Below are positions 52,595 to 64,000 of a stretch of DNA of 64,000 bases, piece by piece; the first letter of the stretch is position 1, and the number at the start of each line of letters is the position of its first letter. This DNA is from Narcine bancroftii. Taxonomy: Eukaryota. Location: the NCBI RefSeq assembly GCF_036971445.1, contig NC_091478.1, forward strand, positions 63,984,001-64,048,000. The letters are read 5' to 3'. Under the pieces are notes generated by a model. It saw only the letters and a list, made by a program, of their open reading frames with translations. It made no database searches and was not told the DNA's origin. Position numbers and translations under genes: made by a program.

Positions 52595-52718
52595 TTTTTT
52601 TTAAAATATCTTACTTATAGTTTTTCTACTCATACTCCAACAAATGTCAATATCATTAGGAGGGTAGGGTAGGGCGGCGAGGCACGGTGGTCCACATTAC
52701 AATTGTGCCCCCATGTAG
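52595..52718 (-). mobile_element. Short poly(A)-tailed retro-insertion of unknown source
   Basis: 18-bp TSD TTGGCC(C/T)AACAAGCTCTT (52577-52594 and 52719-52736); poly-T at the left end. Confidence 0.8.
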
Positions 52719-52991
52719 TTGGCCTAACAAGCTCTTAATATTTCAAAGTTCTAAAAGACCTAATTCCTCTAGCTCATCTGAACAACATTATCACTATTTA
52801 GGTAAAAAAAATCTTGCACCTTTGCATTTATTCTGTCAACACTATCAATTTGAAATGCATTTTTAAAATTTTCATGTTATCAACCAATTAAGTGTTCCTT
52901 TTGTACTTGTACTCCTAAAATAAGCAATTTAATAATTTTAAGAAGTTCCCCATATGTATATAACAGTGCTTTTTTTCTCCTTTTAACTCAG

Positions 52992-53115
52992 TGTTTCCAA
53001 TGCCACCACACAGAGAGAGTCTGATATGCTTGACAAGTACTATGATCGTTTAGTTCCCAAGGAAGAAATCCAACAACTTCAAATTATGCCACAAGAACAT
53101 GCACAAATGGCAAAG
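52992..53115 (+). CDS. CCDC113: CCDC113 exon 2
   Basis: (S)VSNATTQRESDMLDKYYDRLVPKEEIQQLQIMPQEHAQMAK resembles human SYVNSALKTETEMFEKYYAKLEP. Pyrimidine tract plus AG; the donor AAG|GTTGTA is weak, so the 3' boundary is less certain. Confidence 0.82.
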
Positions 53116-54109
53116 GTTGTACTCAAAGCTACACCATTAATACTTACTCGATTGTTCCTAGTGCTAAGATCATGAGTGATAAAGATCTTAATTATCTTTC
53201 AAGATTATGATATATGAAAATTCCATATAGAATTCCTGCATGGGATCATCATGGTACCTCCACATTGTAACCCTAGAATTGATTTCCTTTCCAACCCTAA
53301 AATTGATTTCCTTTCCTTCAACACCAGAAAGAATGACATTTCTAACAAAATAAAGGCAATGTGCAGGTTCCATGTTGGAACAGGACCAAGCAGCCAATTG
53401 GTCCAACAGAAGTCCAAAATGATATGAAGTGTGAAGAGGATTCTGAAGCTGGATTCCACTTAGATAACTTGTATTTCACTTTTTTTTTTAATTAGTGGTG
53501 GGCAGGTTTTACAAATAATTTAAAATTCATGGTGTGCAACAAAAAATGGAAATGGCATGTTGAAATGATGTACAATAGAAGGAATATGATTGTGGTCATA
53601 AAGAAGGGGATAGTGCAAAAATAATTACATCAATCTATGTTGCTCAGTGTAGGAGCTAATGGTGTTTTTATTTAATACTTAAGCAGGGTTTGAAGACTAT
53701 CACTGTGCCTGAAGAGCAGATGGAGTAGTGGTAATTATTGGAAAAAATGTTGGCAGCAAGGAACCTAACTTACTATTTACAGCTAGTGGGAAGTCTGGTC
53801 TACCTGCTAGCTCTTGATAATAGGTGTCTCCTCCTGGTATGCTTTCTACCTCATGACGTTTGCAGTAATGGACGTATAACTAATACATAAAATTAGTGAT
53901 TGTCACAGAAAAATCAATTTTTGAATTGACGTTTGAGTTGCCAACATTCATTGATGTGCTTGCACTATTGTTTCTGAGGCCTTGTGTCCACAATTTCATT
54001 CTAATTATGATGATTTTGCAGTGGGCAATAACAAATTAACACTAAGTATGAGTTTTTACAGTGAGAAGCAGGACACTTCAAAGTGAGCTTTATCGTGAGG
54101 CATCTAGCA

Positions 54110-54450
54110 TCTCATTTACTGGTTTTTGAAACGCGGGGGAAGTTTTCTTAGCTGGAGGGATTCAGCAGAGGCATCTGTAGATTTTCATTCCCTCTGCCCC
54201 CTTCCACCCCCTTCCTTCTCCCATTCACAGAGCCATCCTCCACTCCCCCTGGTGTGCTCTCCCTTCTTTATTCACCTATAACTTCCTGCCTGTGGCATTG
54301 TGAACCTCCCACACCATTTTGTTTGGGCTCCTGCCTACCTTTTGTCATACCTTGATGAAGGGCTCAAGCCCAAAATGTTGGTTTTGTATCTTTATTTTGT
54401 TATATGACGTACATAGGTTGATCTGCTGAGTTTCTCCAGCATTGTGTTTT
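54110..54450 (+). mobile_element. Penelope-like terminal repeat
   Basis: Pyrimidine tract followed by ACC-TTGATGA-A-GGGCTCAAGCCC-AAAATGTT-GGT and CTGCTGAGTTTCTCCAGCA. Confidence 0.65.
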
Positions 54451-54546
54451 GACTTGAGGCAATTGCAGAAAAGGGATGAGAGAAATCCGTGAACACGTGT
54501 TTTATTCAGAACTCAAATTAATTTTTTTTAATGGTCAATTTTATAG

Positions 54547-54711
54547 GGCCGTTCAAGGCATCGATCTAAGTCTCGCAATGCAACAGTTGAGCGGCTTTTG
54601 AACTTAACAGCAGAGCAAAAGTGCACCATTGCTTATAGGGAACTGGAGGAAACAAAAGAGGCATTAGCTAAGCTGAGGCATGATTCAGCCCACACAATTT
54701 GGAATTTACAG
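54547..54711 (+). CDS. CCDC113: CCDC113 exon 3
   Basis: GRSRHRSKSRNATVERLLNLTAEQKCTIAYRELEETKEALAKLRHDSAHTIWNLQ (cf. human RRRSKSR...LTADQK); 165 nt; AG/GT bounded. Confidence 0.92.
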
Positions 54712-55557
54712 GTAAGAAGTATCAAAAGCAGTCATTTAGTCTGTTGAAAATAGTCACTTAACTCCAACTAGATTTTGAAGGCAGTTAGTACTAATTTCAT
54801 GTTTTCACATTTTTTGAATGGAAAGTAGGCTGTTGGTTTATGATTGCAACAAAAATAGATGGAATCACGGAAAGTAATTGCAAAATACTTGTAACATTTC
54901 TAGAATTCCGTATAATAGAAATTAGAATGTCCATAATCCAATGAATTTGACTGTTTGAAAGAAGGAGAAACATTCTGATTGCTGTGTCAATTATTATCAT
55001 CATGCAATGACTGTGAATAATTATAGGTTAAAAGAAGGCCAAATGTCCCATTAAATCCATAGTCTTTGATATGTAGCTGTTTGTTAAGTAGCTCTTTGAA
55101 GAGCAATTCAAATTGGTACATGTGTAGGTGAGGGAGGTGCAGTGTACCGTATGTAGCAAGATTTGTCCAAAGTCTCGCTAATCCTATTGTAAATACATTA
55201 CCACAATACATAGCCTCCAACACCTGTGTATTGTCTACCATCTAAAAAAACTCATTGCTTCACCCACCCAATATTTCTAAAATAACACTATCTAAAGCTG
55301 CACTGAGGCTGTCTTTTAATTACGAGTCGCCACCATCTTCTCAAGAGTAATTAGGGATAGGTAATAAATGCTGACCTTGCCAATGAAAATGAAAGAAATT
55401 TCCTTTGAACTGGCTCCACTCCTTCTCAATATCCAAATTTTTATGCCACCTTTGTTGTAAGCATAACAAGATTGAGAAAATACTTACATTAAATTTCTAG
55501 TAAAACACTATGTGACATCTCAAAAATAGAGAAATCTGTGTGTTTATTTTCCATTAG

Positions 55558-55710
55558 GCCACCCTTGAGGGATCTGAAAATGCACTAACTGAAGTGAAGA
55601 AAGCAGACTATGAATTTGAACGAGATATTGTAACTTTCTCACAAGGCAAGGAGAGCTCAATTGTAACTGAAACATTATTCAAATACTTTGAGGACAAGAT
55701 CCATGCAAAA
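55558..55710 (+). CDS. CCDC113: CCDC113 exon 4
   Basis: ATLEGSENALTEVKKADYEFERDIVTFSQGKESSIVTETLFKYFEDKIHAK (cf. human HEFEKDI...KYIED); 153 nt; AG/GT bounded. Confidence 0.93.
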
Positions 55711-55790
55711 GTAAGTGATATTTCAAGCTAGTTTTCTCTTATGGAAAGCAAAATCAACAAATACAATCAGAAGCTGCACTTACTGGGGAG

Positions 55791-58088
55791 CGTAGTCGCG
55801 CTATGCAGAGTCGAAAGTGAGTTAAACCAACTGCTTTAATGATTCCAAAACTGCGGTTAAGAACTCTCTCTCAGCAGCCCCTGCAGGGCAGAAATGACGC
55901 CAGCTGCCAGGTTATGGGCTTGCTTTGCACCTGGTCCTCTCACAGTCAGATCTGCCGCGGACTTGCCCCCAAATCCATGAGCCGGTTTGTCTGCTGCATG
56001 GATGAATGTCCACATGAACCGCACTTCTTCCCCCCAAGAACTGGCATTAGAAGGTGTGGAGTCCACAACCAACACCTCTTGCCATTTGAGTAGCTGACCT
56101 CGTCGGCATGGAGGTGGCACAGTCACAGGTTGTTCCAAGTCGAGGTGCCCTCGATGGTCAATGGTGAAGATCTCCTCATGGCTGCTCACATCAAGGAAGC
56201 ACGTGGTTCCATTCTGATGGACCACCTTGTAAGGCCGCTGCAGTGGAGTCCAGTGCATGCCCCTGTGGACAAAGACATAGTTGGAGTCCCGGAGGTCCTT
56301 GGGGACAAAGGAAGGTGTCAGGCCGTGGAGCAAGGTTGGGAGAGGAGCTAGTGTTCCTACCTTCTCTCTGAGTCTTGTCAGCACTGCCGCAGGTGATTCC
56401 TCTGTACCATGTGCTGCTGGCACAAACTCGCCTGGAATGGTCAGTGAGGTTCCGTATACCAACTCTGCCGAAAACGTCACTACGTCTTCTTTAGGAGCCA
56501 TCAAATGCCAAGAAACACCCATGGGAGCTCATTCACCCAATCCAGGGCTCAGAAGAGCCACCTGGTAAACCTGTCAACCATGGTGAACAGGTACCTTGCT
56601 CCCCAGGAGACCGACAACAGACATGTCCACATGGACGTGCTCAAACCTCCTGTGCATCAGCTGGAGGGGTTTAAGGAGGGCCTTCACATGCCTTTGGACT
56701 TTGGAGGTCAGACAGTGGATGCATGTTCTGGCCCAGTGCCCGAACTGCTTGTGTAGGCCGTGTTAAGCAAATCTGTCTGCCACCAATTGGATAGTTGCCT
56801 GAATGGATGAGTGGGCCAAACTATGTAGTGTGTCAAAAACACGAAACCTCCAAGCAGCTGAAACATTGGGCCGGGGTTGGGCGGTGGACACGTCGCAGAG
56901 GAACTTGCTGCCTGTTGGGCCAATGGGAATGTCCTCAAATTACAGGTGGGATGGGGCTCTGCGGAGTGGTAGGCCGGCATTTCTTTGTCCAGCTGCTGTG
57001 CCTCAGTGAGCACCGCATAGTCCAACCCTGAGTATAGGGTATGCACAAAGTCGATGGAGGTGTGAGACAGTGAGTCGGCTATGATGTTGTTTTTCCAGAG
57101 ATGTGATTGACGGTGGTGGTATACTCTGCAATGTATAAAAGGTGGCATTGCTGCTGTGTCGATCATGGATCCAACACTTCAGCATATGCGAAGGTTAGGT
57201 ATTTGAGGTCTGTGAAAACTGAACTCCCGCTCCTCCAAGAAATACCAAAATTGCTGGATGGCAAGCTAGAGGGCTAGCAGCTTCCTGTCGAAGGTGCTAT
57301 ATTTTAGCTCCGGAGTTCGTAGGTGCCTGTTGAAGAACGCAAGTGGTTTCCACTTTGCGTCGGTCACTGAAATCATCATTAGTGATGAGGAGACGGATAT
57401 CTTCTGTCATCTGCTCGAGAAAGACTTGTTCAAATAATAAACATGGCTTATGGCCATCTGCTAGAGCTAGCACCTCGTTCGTTAAGGTCAATGGCATGCA
57501 GTCGGCTAGGCTGTCCATGTAGAGCAACCGCGCTGCGCACTCACAGAGGCCAATATTACAGATCAGGAGCACCTTTATTGTTTCACACCTGTCCAAAACT
57601 GGTGGCTGGTGTAGGAAGTCGATGATCGGCCTTCTGTTTCCTGATCGAGTGAATCAACCACATAGTAGAAATTTGTGGCGTACATACGAGATGATTTGAC
57701 TGACCTGGAATTGGGCTTTAGCCTGTTCAAACCAGACCAGTGCTGCGAGGTCCAGAAAGTCGGCAGTTTCAGTGAAACTGCATTCTGTGTGCTTGGGTTG
57801 GTCATTGTTGGGTCCAAATGCCATTTGGACTGTCAGGGTCACCAATGTAGTCATGCAGCAAGTGAAAAACCATGCAGAGTCGAAAGTGAGTTGAACCAAC
57901 TGCTTTACTGATTCCAAAACTGCGCCGTTAAGAACCCTCTCCCAGCAGCCCCTGCGACCTATGGGACGGAAATGACAACAGACACCAGGCTGTGAACTTG
58001 CCCCGCACCTGGAGCTCTTGCAGTCAGATCTGCAGTGGACTTACCCTCAACTCCATGAGCCAGTTGCTTGTGTGGGCGAGCTGCCACA
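55791..58088 (-). mobile_element. Gypsy LTR retrotransposon with large internal deletions, in CCDC113 intron 4
   Basis: LTRs at 57846-58088 and 55791-56014; 4-bp TSD GGAG; PBS TGGTGACC; PPT. gag (VSLKLPTFW, CLLFEQVFLEQM) joins RNase H and integrase remnants (SAELVYG..L.IPGEF, PLQRPY); no RT seen. Confidence 0.9.
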
Positions 58089-59269
58089 GGAGGCACAAAA
58101 TTGGAAGAGTTCATGAATGGAGACAGTGGACTAGCTTTCTGAATGTATGGCATAAATTGGGTGACTCTCCACTCATTGGATGTGTCTGGAAATTGTAGAT
58201 CAGCTGAATTTTTAAAATTCATTTAGAGAGTGCAGTCTTCATTTTTTTATATCAATAGTGAGATGTTAGTAGCAAACTTCTGGAGGACACCAATCTGAGA
58301 AGTGTGCAAACATTAAAGGTGAACTTGAGTATGAAGTGTAGAGTGATGAATTCCACAAGGAAAAACTGTTATATTGTCAATTTAAGATTAACAAAGCTGA
58401 CTATGATTATATATGGAATTAAAGCAATATAACCTAAGCTTGGAGAATGGCACTCAATATCTTGGATTGATGAGTTAATAAGTATTGGGAACCATCTTCG
58501 ATTCCTTCATTATTGATGTTTCCTAGAGATGTTCTTTGAAACTGTTCTTTGAAATACAGGTTCTCCCCAACGTACGTATGTGCTCCGTTCTGAATGACCA
58601 GTTGTATCTTGGAATGAACATATGTCGGAATTGTCTTACCTGTGATACTGAAGAGTAAAACGATTGATTTCCTTCCATTCTCTATCTCCAAATCCTTCTC
58701 ATTCTCTCTGTTGCTATGAGCAACCTGCAGATTCTACTGGCCTCTAAAATCTGACTGACCATCAGAATATTGAGCAACAGAATCAGAAAAAATGGGACAC
58801 AAGGAGTTAAAATGCAGTAAAGCATCTCAAAATGGTGGCCATCAAGGCTTTCTCTCATGAGGCTATCTCTGCCAACCTCGTGAGAGCCTGGCCACCTCTG
58901 TCAACCTCTAGTGAGAGGCATTATTTTTTAGGCCTGATTTTTTTTCATTGTAATTGCACAAGTTTTATATTTTTCTTTATTTAAAAAAAAATTCAGTCGT
59001 TTGTGTGGATGGACATTAGTAGGTCACAAGTTGGGGAGTACCTGTAATTGATTCTGGGTATTGCGCTTTCATAGATATAGATGTACATCAAAAAAGGGAC
59101 AAATTAAAGTCTACCTCGTTATTTTTTCATTCAATCCATTTTAATGGCGCAGAGTTAAAGAATGATTTCCCCATATCATGAGTTTGTTTACAGTTGTTTC
59201 TGGTAATTACACGGACCATCGAAGTTATATGTAGTATTGACACCAATTAGTCCACAATTATCTCCTTTG

Positions 59270-59615
59270 TCATTGGCAACGTTGGTACTTAGGTTGTTGC
59301 TCTTGCATCACTGTACAAGCCTTTCAACCTCCTATCTGTTGTTGATGAGGCTATCTACCATGCTGGCATCTGCAAACTTGATGATTCTGTTGGAGCTGAA
59401 CCTGGCAATATAATTGTGAGTTAGCAGCTTGAACAGCAGCAGGCGGAGCATGTAGACTCGAGGTGCGCTAGTGATCAGTGTGATGGGATGGGGCTTGAGG
59501 TTTTGCTGCCATGTTGGACAGACTGTGATTTTTCAGTCAAAAAGTGTAGGATCCAGTTGCAATGAGGGATACTGAGTCCCAATGTGGACAATTTACTAAC
59601 CACATGATTGTGTTG
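59270..59615 (-). mobile_element. Rex1/Babar-like LINE fragment
   Basis: Minus strand shows WILHFLT...GAPR....PLLFKLLTH.C...IIKFADA-like traces. Confidence 0.6.
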
Positions 59616-60222
59616 AAAGCAATGGGATTTTTTAACATGTCAAGCAAGTTTATGGTTTATGATTAAAAAAATTGGCCTCTCTCTGGAGAAATTTGCTTTT
59701 TATGTTAATCACCTTCTGCATCTTCACTCTTCCTAATTCACCATGATTTTTACAATTTCTATCAAATCACTTCTCAACCCTCTTAATTTCAAAAATGGGT
59801 GTTTGTCCATTTTAGAGAGAGAGGAAGAGAAACACTCTCAGAGAGTTTTTGGAACTTCCTCTAAAAGGGGAATGGAAGCAGAGACTGAGTATTTTGAAGG
59901 CAGTGGGTTATAGATTCTTGATGAACAAGAAGGTGAAAGGTGACTGGGGTGGGAAAGCAGTTAGATGACCAACTCCTTCTCTAATTCATGAGTCTGCTGA
60001 GATGTATATAAAGATATTATTATATTTGTCATTTTTAATGGACTTAGAATATATTTCAGCTCCTTGTTTCTTAAATTTGGGATCACTTTTGTTACTCGGG
60101 GCATATCTTCACAAATCATCTTGTAATTAATATTCCCAGTGGGCACTTTATAAGCTTTGAATAGTGACCAGTGTTTGTTGTACATTCATCTGCGAGTAAC
60201 TTGATTGGCTTTCTTTTGTCAG

Positions 60223-60303
60223 GAGATGCTGATCGATAAATTGGAGCTCAAGAACCATGCATGGAAAATGCTGAAAGCAAAAATGCACCAACAGCTCCGG
60301 CAG
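60223..60303 (+). CDS. CCDC113: CCDC113 exon 5
   Basis: EMLIDKLELKNHAWKMLKAKMHQQLRQ (cf. human KLRLKN...QLRQ); 81 nt; AG/GT bounded. Confidence 0.92.
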
Positions 60304-60719
60304 GTAGGTTGTATGTGTGTCTGGTGCATGTGTGCTCATGCCCGGGGGGGGAGTGGGGGGGAGCTGCATGGTGCTTAGCCAATCAATCCTGAAAAGATAT
60401 CTTTTGGTTTACAAAATCTAGTGAATTGTTGTTTTGGAAAAGATGAAACATAGCAATGAAAAGTTAAACATCTCATTGCATCCTTCAAAGCAGTGAGTTG
60501 CTCCAATAAGCAATGACCCTTGTGCAAGGAACTGAGAAAGTTATATTATAAAAAGCATTATCCTTAACACCAACTCAGATACAAGAATCTGTAATGAAAT
60601 TATTTCATATAAAATGACAGCAATTTTTGCAGCAACTTTAACGTATAAGATATCTGAATACAGGAATGTTATCAGAGCTAAGAAAACAAGGTTTTATTTA
60701 TACATTCCTTTTCAAGAGC

Positions 60720-61080
60720 TTGGGGCATCCCATGTTATTTTATAGACTATGCCGTACTTTTTAAGGTATAATCAATATTGTATTTTAAGAAATGGGGCCA
60801 GCCAATCTGAACTCATCTGCAAACAACAATGTGATAAAGATAAGATGAGCTAATTTTAAAGATGCTGATTTTGGGCACAATATTGTGGATAACTCCTTTC
60901 TGTATTGTTTTAAACAAATCCCGTAAGATCTTTAGCATTCACTTGATACAGCTGACAGGACCATGGCTTGACATCTGATTGAAATTATGTCCCTTCTGCT
61001 ACTGCAGAATTCCTTTGATAGACAACTGGAATGTCCCATTAAATTTGGTATTTTCCCCAGAGTTGGACTTGAATGCACAG
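60720..61080 (-). mobile_element. DeuSINE (SacSINE1/AmnSINE1-like)
   Basis: GTACTTTT.AAG...CAGCCAAT...CAAACA.CAATGTGATAA...GGATAACTCC...GATCTTT..CA.TCAC.TGA...GC.GAC.GG.CC..GG matches the recalled antisense Deu-domain in order. Confidence 0.65.
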
Positions 61081-61099
61081 AGAAAAAAAAATGAACACC

Positions 61100-62190
61100 A
61101 GATCACATTAAAAAAAAGATACTGAGAAGCATGTCAAAAAAGATAAGGCATCATTAAGGAGAAAGTGATGAGTGGTTTGGAGGTGAATTGCCAAAGGTAC
61201 AACTCCAAAGAATATGTGGCAGAAATAAGCAAACTGGAGAGATTCAAGGATTTTAGAGGGGGGAAGGTGTCTAGGATTACAGGGAAAGGGTGGGGTGAGG
61301 CCAAGTAGGGATCTAAATACTGGAATGATCACTTTAAATGTTTTGGGTTGCAGGACTAGAAGAAGAGAGGTTATTGATGACTACTGGAATATCATAGTCT
61401 GTAAATGAAAGAAGCATGAAGGCAGATTTCAGCTAAAGATGAAGTAAGGGAAGGCTAATGTGAGATACAAGGCTGAAAGCAAACACATTTTATGGTAAAC
61501 CGGACGGTGAAAATTAATTGGCAAGTTATGGATAGTATTTCTAAGGATTGTTTATTGGGACATACAACTATTAATTCAAAATGATGGATTATATGTGGCA
61601 GAAACCATGATAAGGCAGTCAGAGAGAACATAAGAGCAAAGAAAAGAAATGGAGGGAGAGATCGATGCAGAAAGAAATGATCAAGTTAAGTGAAATTGAA
61701 TGGTTCAGGCATCAATCTTATATTGGAATTGAGAAGCAATTGTGTACTTGGGTAGCAAAGGAGAATAGATTTCTATTCCAATATTGCAGAGTTCATCATA
61801 TTTTATTTAAGTTTCCCAATCTGCATTCAGATTGCTTGGTGGATGGGTAAATTTCAGTGCCACCGCACATCTGGGGAACTTGGTAGGATTTGCGTGGCGG
61901 GGCAGGGGGTGGAGTAGAGAGTGGTCAGAGAAGGTGGAGGTGATGGGGAGTTTGTCAGTCTGAGTTTGAAGAGTATGGGGTACAGCAAAGTCTCCAGTTG
62001 GGTAAGTTTAGAATCTCGGAAAGATAACAACATCATTGAAGGAGGAGCTCTGAAAGGTGAGTTGTCCAATATTGAGAGGGCAAGCAGGTAAACTAGATTT
62101 AATAGATAAGTAAAAATGCTGAATTCAATCATATCGGATTGCTTCAGTCTCAGGGTATATTTAAAATTATGGTTGAATCTGAGATATATT
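61100..62190 (-). mobile_element. Highly decayed L2-like LINE
   Basis: Purine-rich antisense L2-type text; no intact motifs. Confidence 0.4.
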
Positions 62191-62566
62191 ATCCCATTCA
62201 ATAACAAACTAATACGTTTCTTTGTGCTATTTGATATATTTAATGGTTACTGAAATGCATTTTTACATTCCTATGGATCAACAGCATATCTCAGACAACG
62301 TTTGATTTTTCACAACTCACCTGTTGATTTGCATGTAAATCATGATGGATTGTTGCCCTGTATTTGTGGGAAGATTCAGCCAAAAAGACCAATATAAATT
62401 TCAAATCCTTTTTTTATTCAGCTCATGTTTCTTTTTTACAAATTAATTTCAAAGTAGAATTGGATAAAGATTGTGAACTGTGAAATGACATATGGTGCAA
62501 GGAATGGGAGAAAGTAACAGTACTGATCAAGATGAATTTATTTTTGGTATTTGCATCTACTTTTAG

Positions 62567-62722
62567 AAAGAAGAGGCAGGAGAGATGTTGCATGAGGTTG
62601 ACTTTCATCATTTGAAGATTGAAAACACACAATTTTTAAGGCAAATTGAGCAATACAATCTGGACCTCCTCCAGCTCAAAGTCATGACAGGGCAATCACA
62701 AATTGTTCTCAACTCCTACAAA
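62567..62722 (+). CDS. CCDC113: CCDC113 exon 6 (gene continues beyond the window end)
   Basis: KEEAGEMLHEVDFHHLKIENTQFLRQIEQYNLDLLQLKVMTGQSQIVLNSYK matches the human KEEVSEALHDVDFQQLKIEN motif; 156 nt; AG/GT bounded. Confidence 0.95.
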
Positions 62723-63224
62723 GTAAGTTTTTAAAAATTAATTATCAGTTTTAGTTATAGCTGACAAGCTGAGCATTTATTCCTCATCCCTGATTGCTTT
62801 GAGTATGTGTTGTCTTCTTGAATCATTGAAATCCTACTGATGAAGATACTTCATTGCTATTGACTAGAGAACGCCACACTTTAGGTCAAGCAGTAATGAA
62901 GGAATATTTCCAAGTCAGAATAGTCCTTGAGTTAGAAAGGAATCAACAGGTGGGATATTTATGTTCCTGCTATCCTTATTTTTCTGAGTCTTAAGAGTTT
63001 GTTGCTTTGGAAGGATTTGTTAGAAAAGCTTTGAATAATGGTGTATATTTTATGAACCCAAAGTATGCTGGTGGTATTGGTCTCCAAAGAAAGGCCAATC
63101 AAATAGACCATAAGTGGGCCTTCTTGCAGGAAGAGAGGAACTATACAGAGCCCCAGGACATGTCCGCTTGTGCCTGCACAGACCAACTGGCAGCTGTATT
63201 CACAGATATATTCAACCTTCAGAT

Positions 63225-64000
63225 TACATATTTCAGATTTATTGTCAGAGTACATACATGGCATCACATTATAATCCTGAAATTTTTTCCTAGGGGTGAG
63301 GCAGAATTACTACCTATTAGTAGTGCAAAAAAAAACTACTCAATGTATACATGTAAACAAATAAAGATGTAAATAAATTAACTGTTTGTTAATTTAACTG
63401 TTTAAAAAAATTAACAGAGAAAAAAAAATTCAAAGTGCAAAAGAGTCCTTAAATGAGTCCCTGATTGAATTTGTTGTTGAAGAGTTTGATGGTGGAAAGA
63501 TAGCAGTTGTTCCTGTACCTGGTGATGAGAGTCCTGTGGCACCTATACCTTTTACTTGATGATAACAGCGAGAACAGAGTGTACTGGGTGATGTCGACCT
63601 TGGATGATTGCTTCTGCTCTCTGACAGTGGCGTTCCCTGTAGACATTCTCGATGGTAGGGAGGGTTTTGCCTGTGATGTTTTGGGCTGTGTCCACTACCT
63701 TTTGGAGGACTTTATGCTCAGGGATATAGGTGTCCCCAGACCAGACCATGATGCAGCTGGTCAGCATACTTTCCACCACACACCTGTAGAAATTTGGCTG
63801 GGTTTCTGTTGTCACACCCAACCTCAGTAAACTCTTGAGGAAGTAGAGGCACTGATGTGTTTTCTTTACAATGCCATTAGTATGTTGGGACCAGGAAAGA
63901 TCCTCCAAGATATTGACTCCCAAGAACTTAAATTTGCTCACTCTCTTGACTTCTGATTTCCCCCAATGATCACTGGATTGTACATCTCTGGTTTTCCCTT
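63225..64000 (-). mobile_element. Rex1/Babar-like LINE 3' part
   Basis: KFKFLGVNILEDLSW..H...VKK.HQCLYFL, FYRCVVESMLTSCIMVW, LQKVVDTAQNITG..LP; (TCTGAA)-type tail. Confidence 0.88.

Larger units (their letters stand above)
52383..53673 (+). repeat. About 180-bp direct repeats (52383-52564 and 53493-53673) flanking CCDC113 exon 2
   Basis: Direct comparison gives about 11 differences in about 182 nt. Confidence 0.92.

Noticed and set aside
53269-53316. 24-bp tandem duplication AACCCTA(G/A)AATTGATTTCCTTTCC with a telomere-like AACCCT
   Set aside because: Two units with a single hexamer each; ordinary slippage duplication, not an interstitial telomere.

Overview
Repeat-rich vertebrate genomic DNA. 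The repeat repertoire (V-SINEs, DeuSINE remnants, Penelope-type termini, Rex1, CR1) suggests a cartilaginous fish, probably a ray; this is an inference. Two intron-containing genes lie head-to-head, in the arrangement I recall for human 16q21. CSNK2A2 (CK2 alpha') is on the minus strand with coding exons 1-10 from 29828 down to 58; its last exon is outside the window and intron 2 is GC-AG. CCDC113/CFAP263 is on the plus strand with exons 1-6 from 46072 to 62722; its promoter has an RFX X-box directly after a 3x26-bp NRF1/ETS-like repeat. The rest is mostly transposons: a young 5'-truncated L1, an ORF1-only (HAL1-like) L1 derivative, three near-identical RTE LINEs (two with twin-priming inversions), two decayed Gypsy elements, a solo LTR, a Chapaev3-like remnant, and a four-level nest (Penelope terminus > composite two-MITE hAT > hAT with transposase > RTE). 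The leads most worth checking are five Penelope-type minimal hammerhead-like motifs that all have U instead of C at core position 3, a candidate in-frame cassette or terminal exon in CSNK2A2 intron 5, the ORF1-only L1, the composite MITE and the promoter repeat. All calls were made by eye; family names and comparisons to human proteins come from recalled motifs, not database searches.
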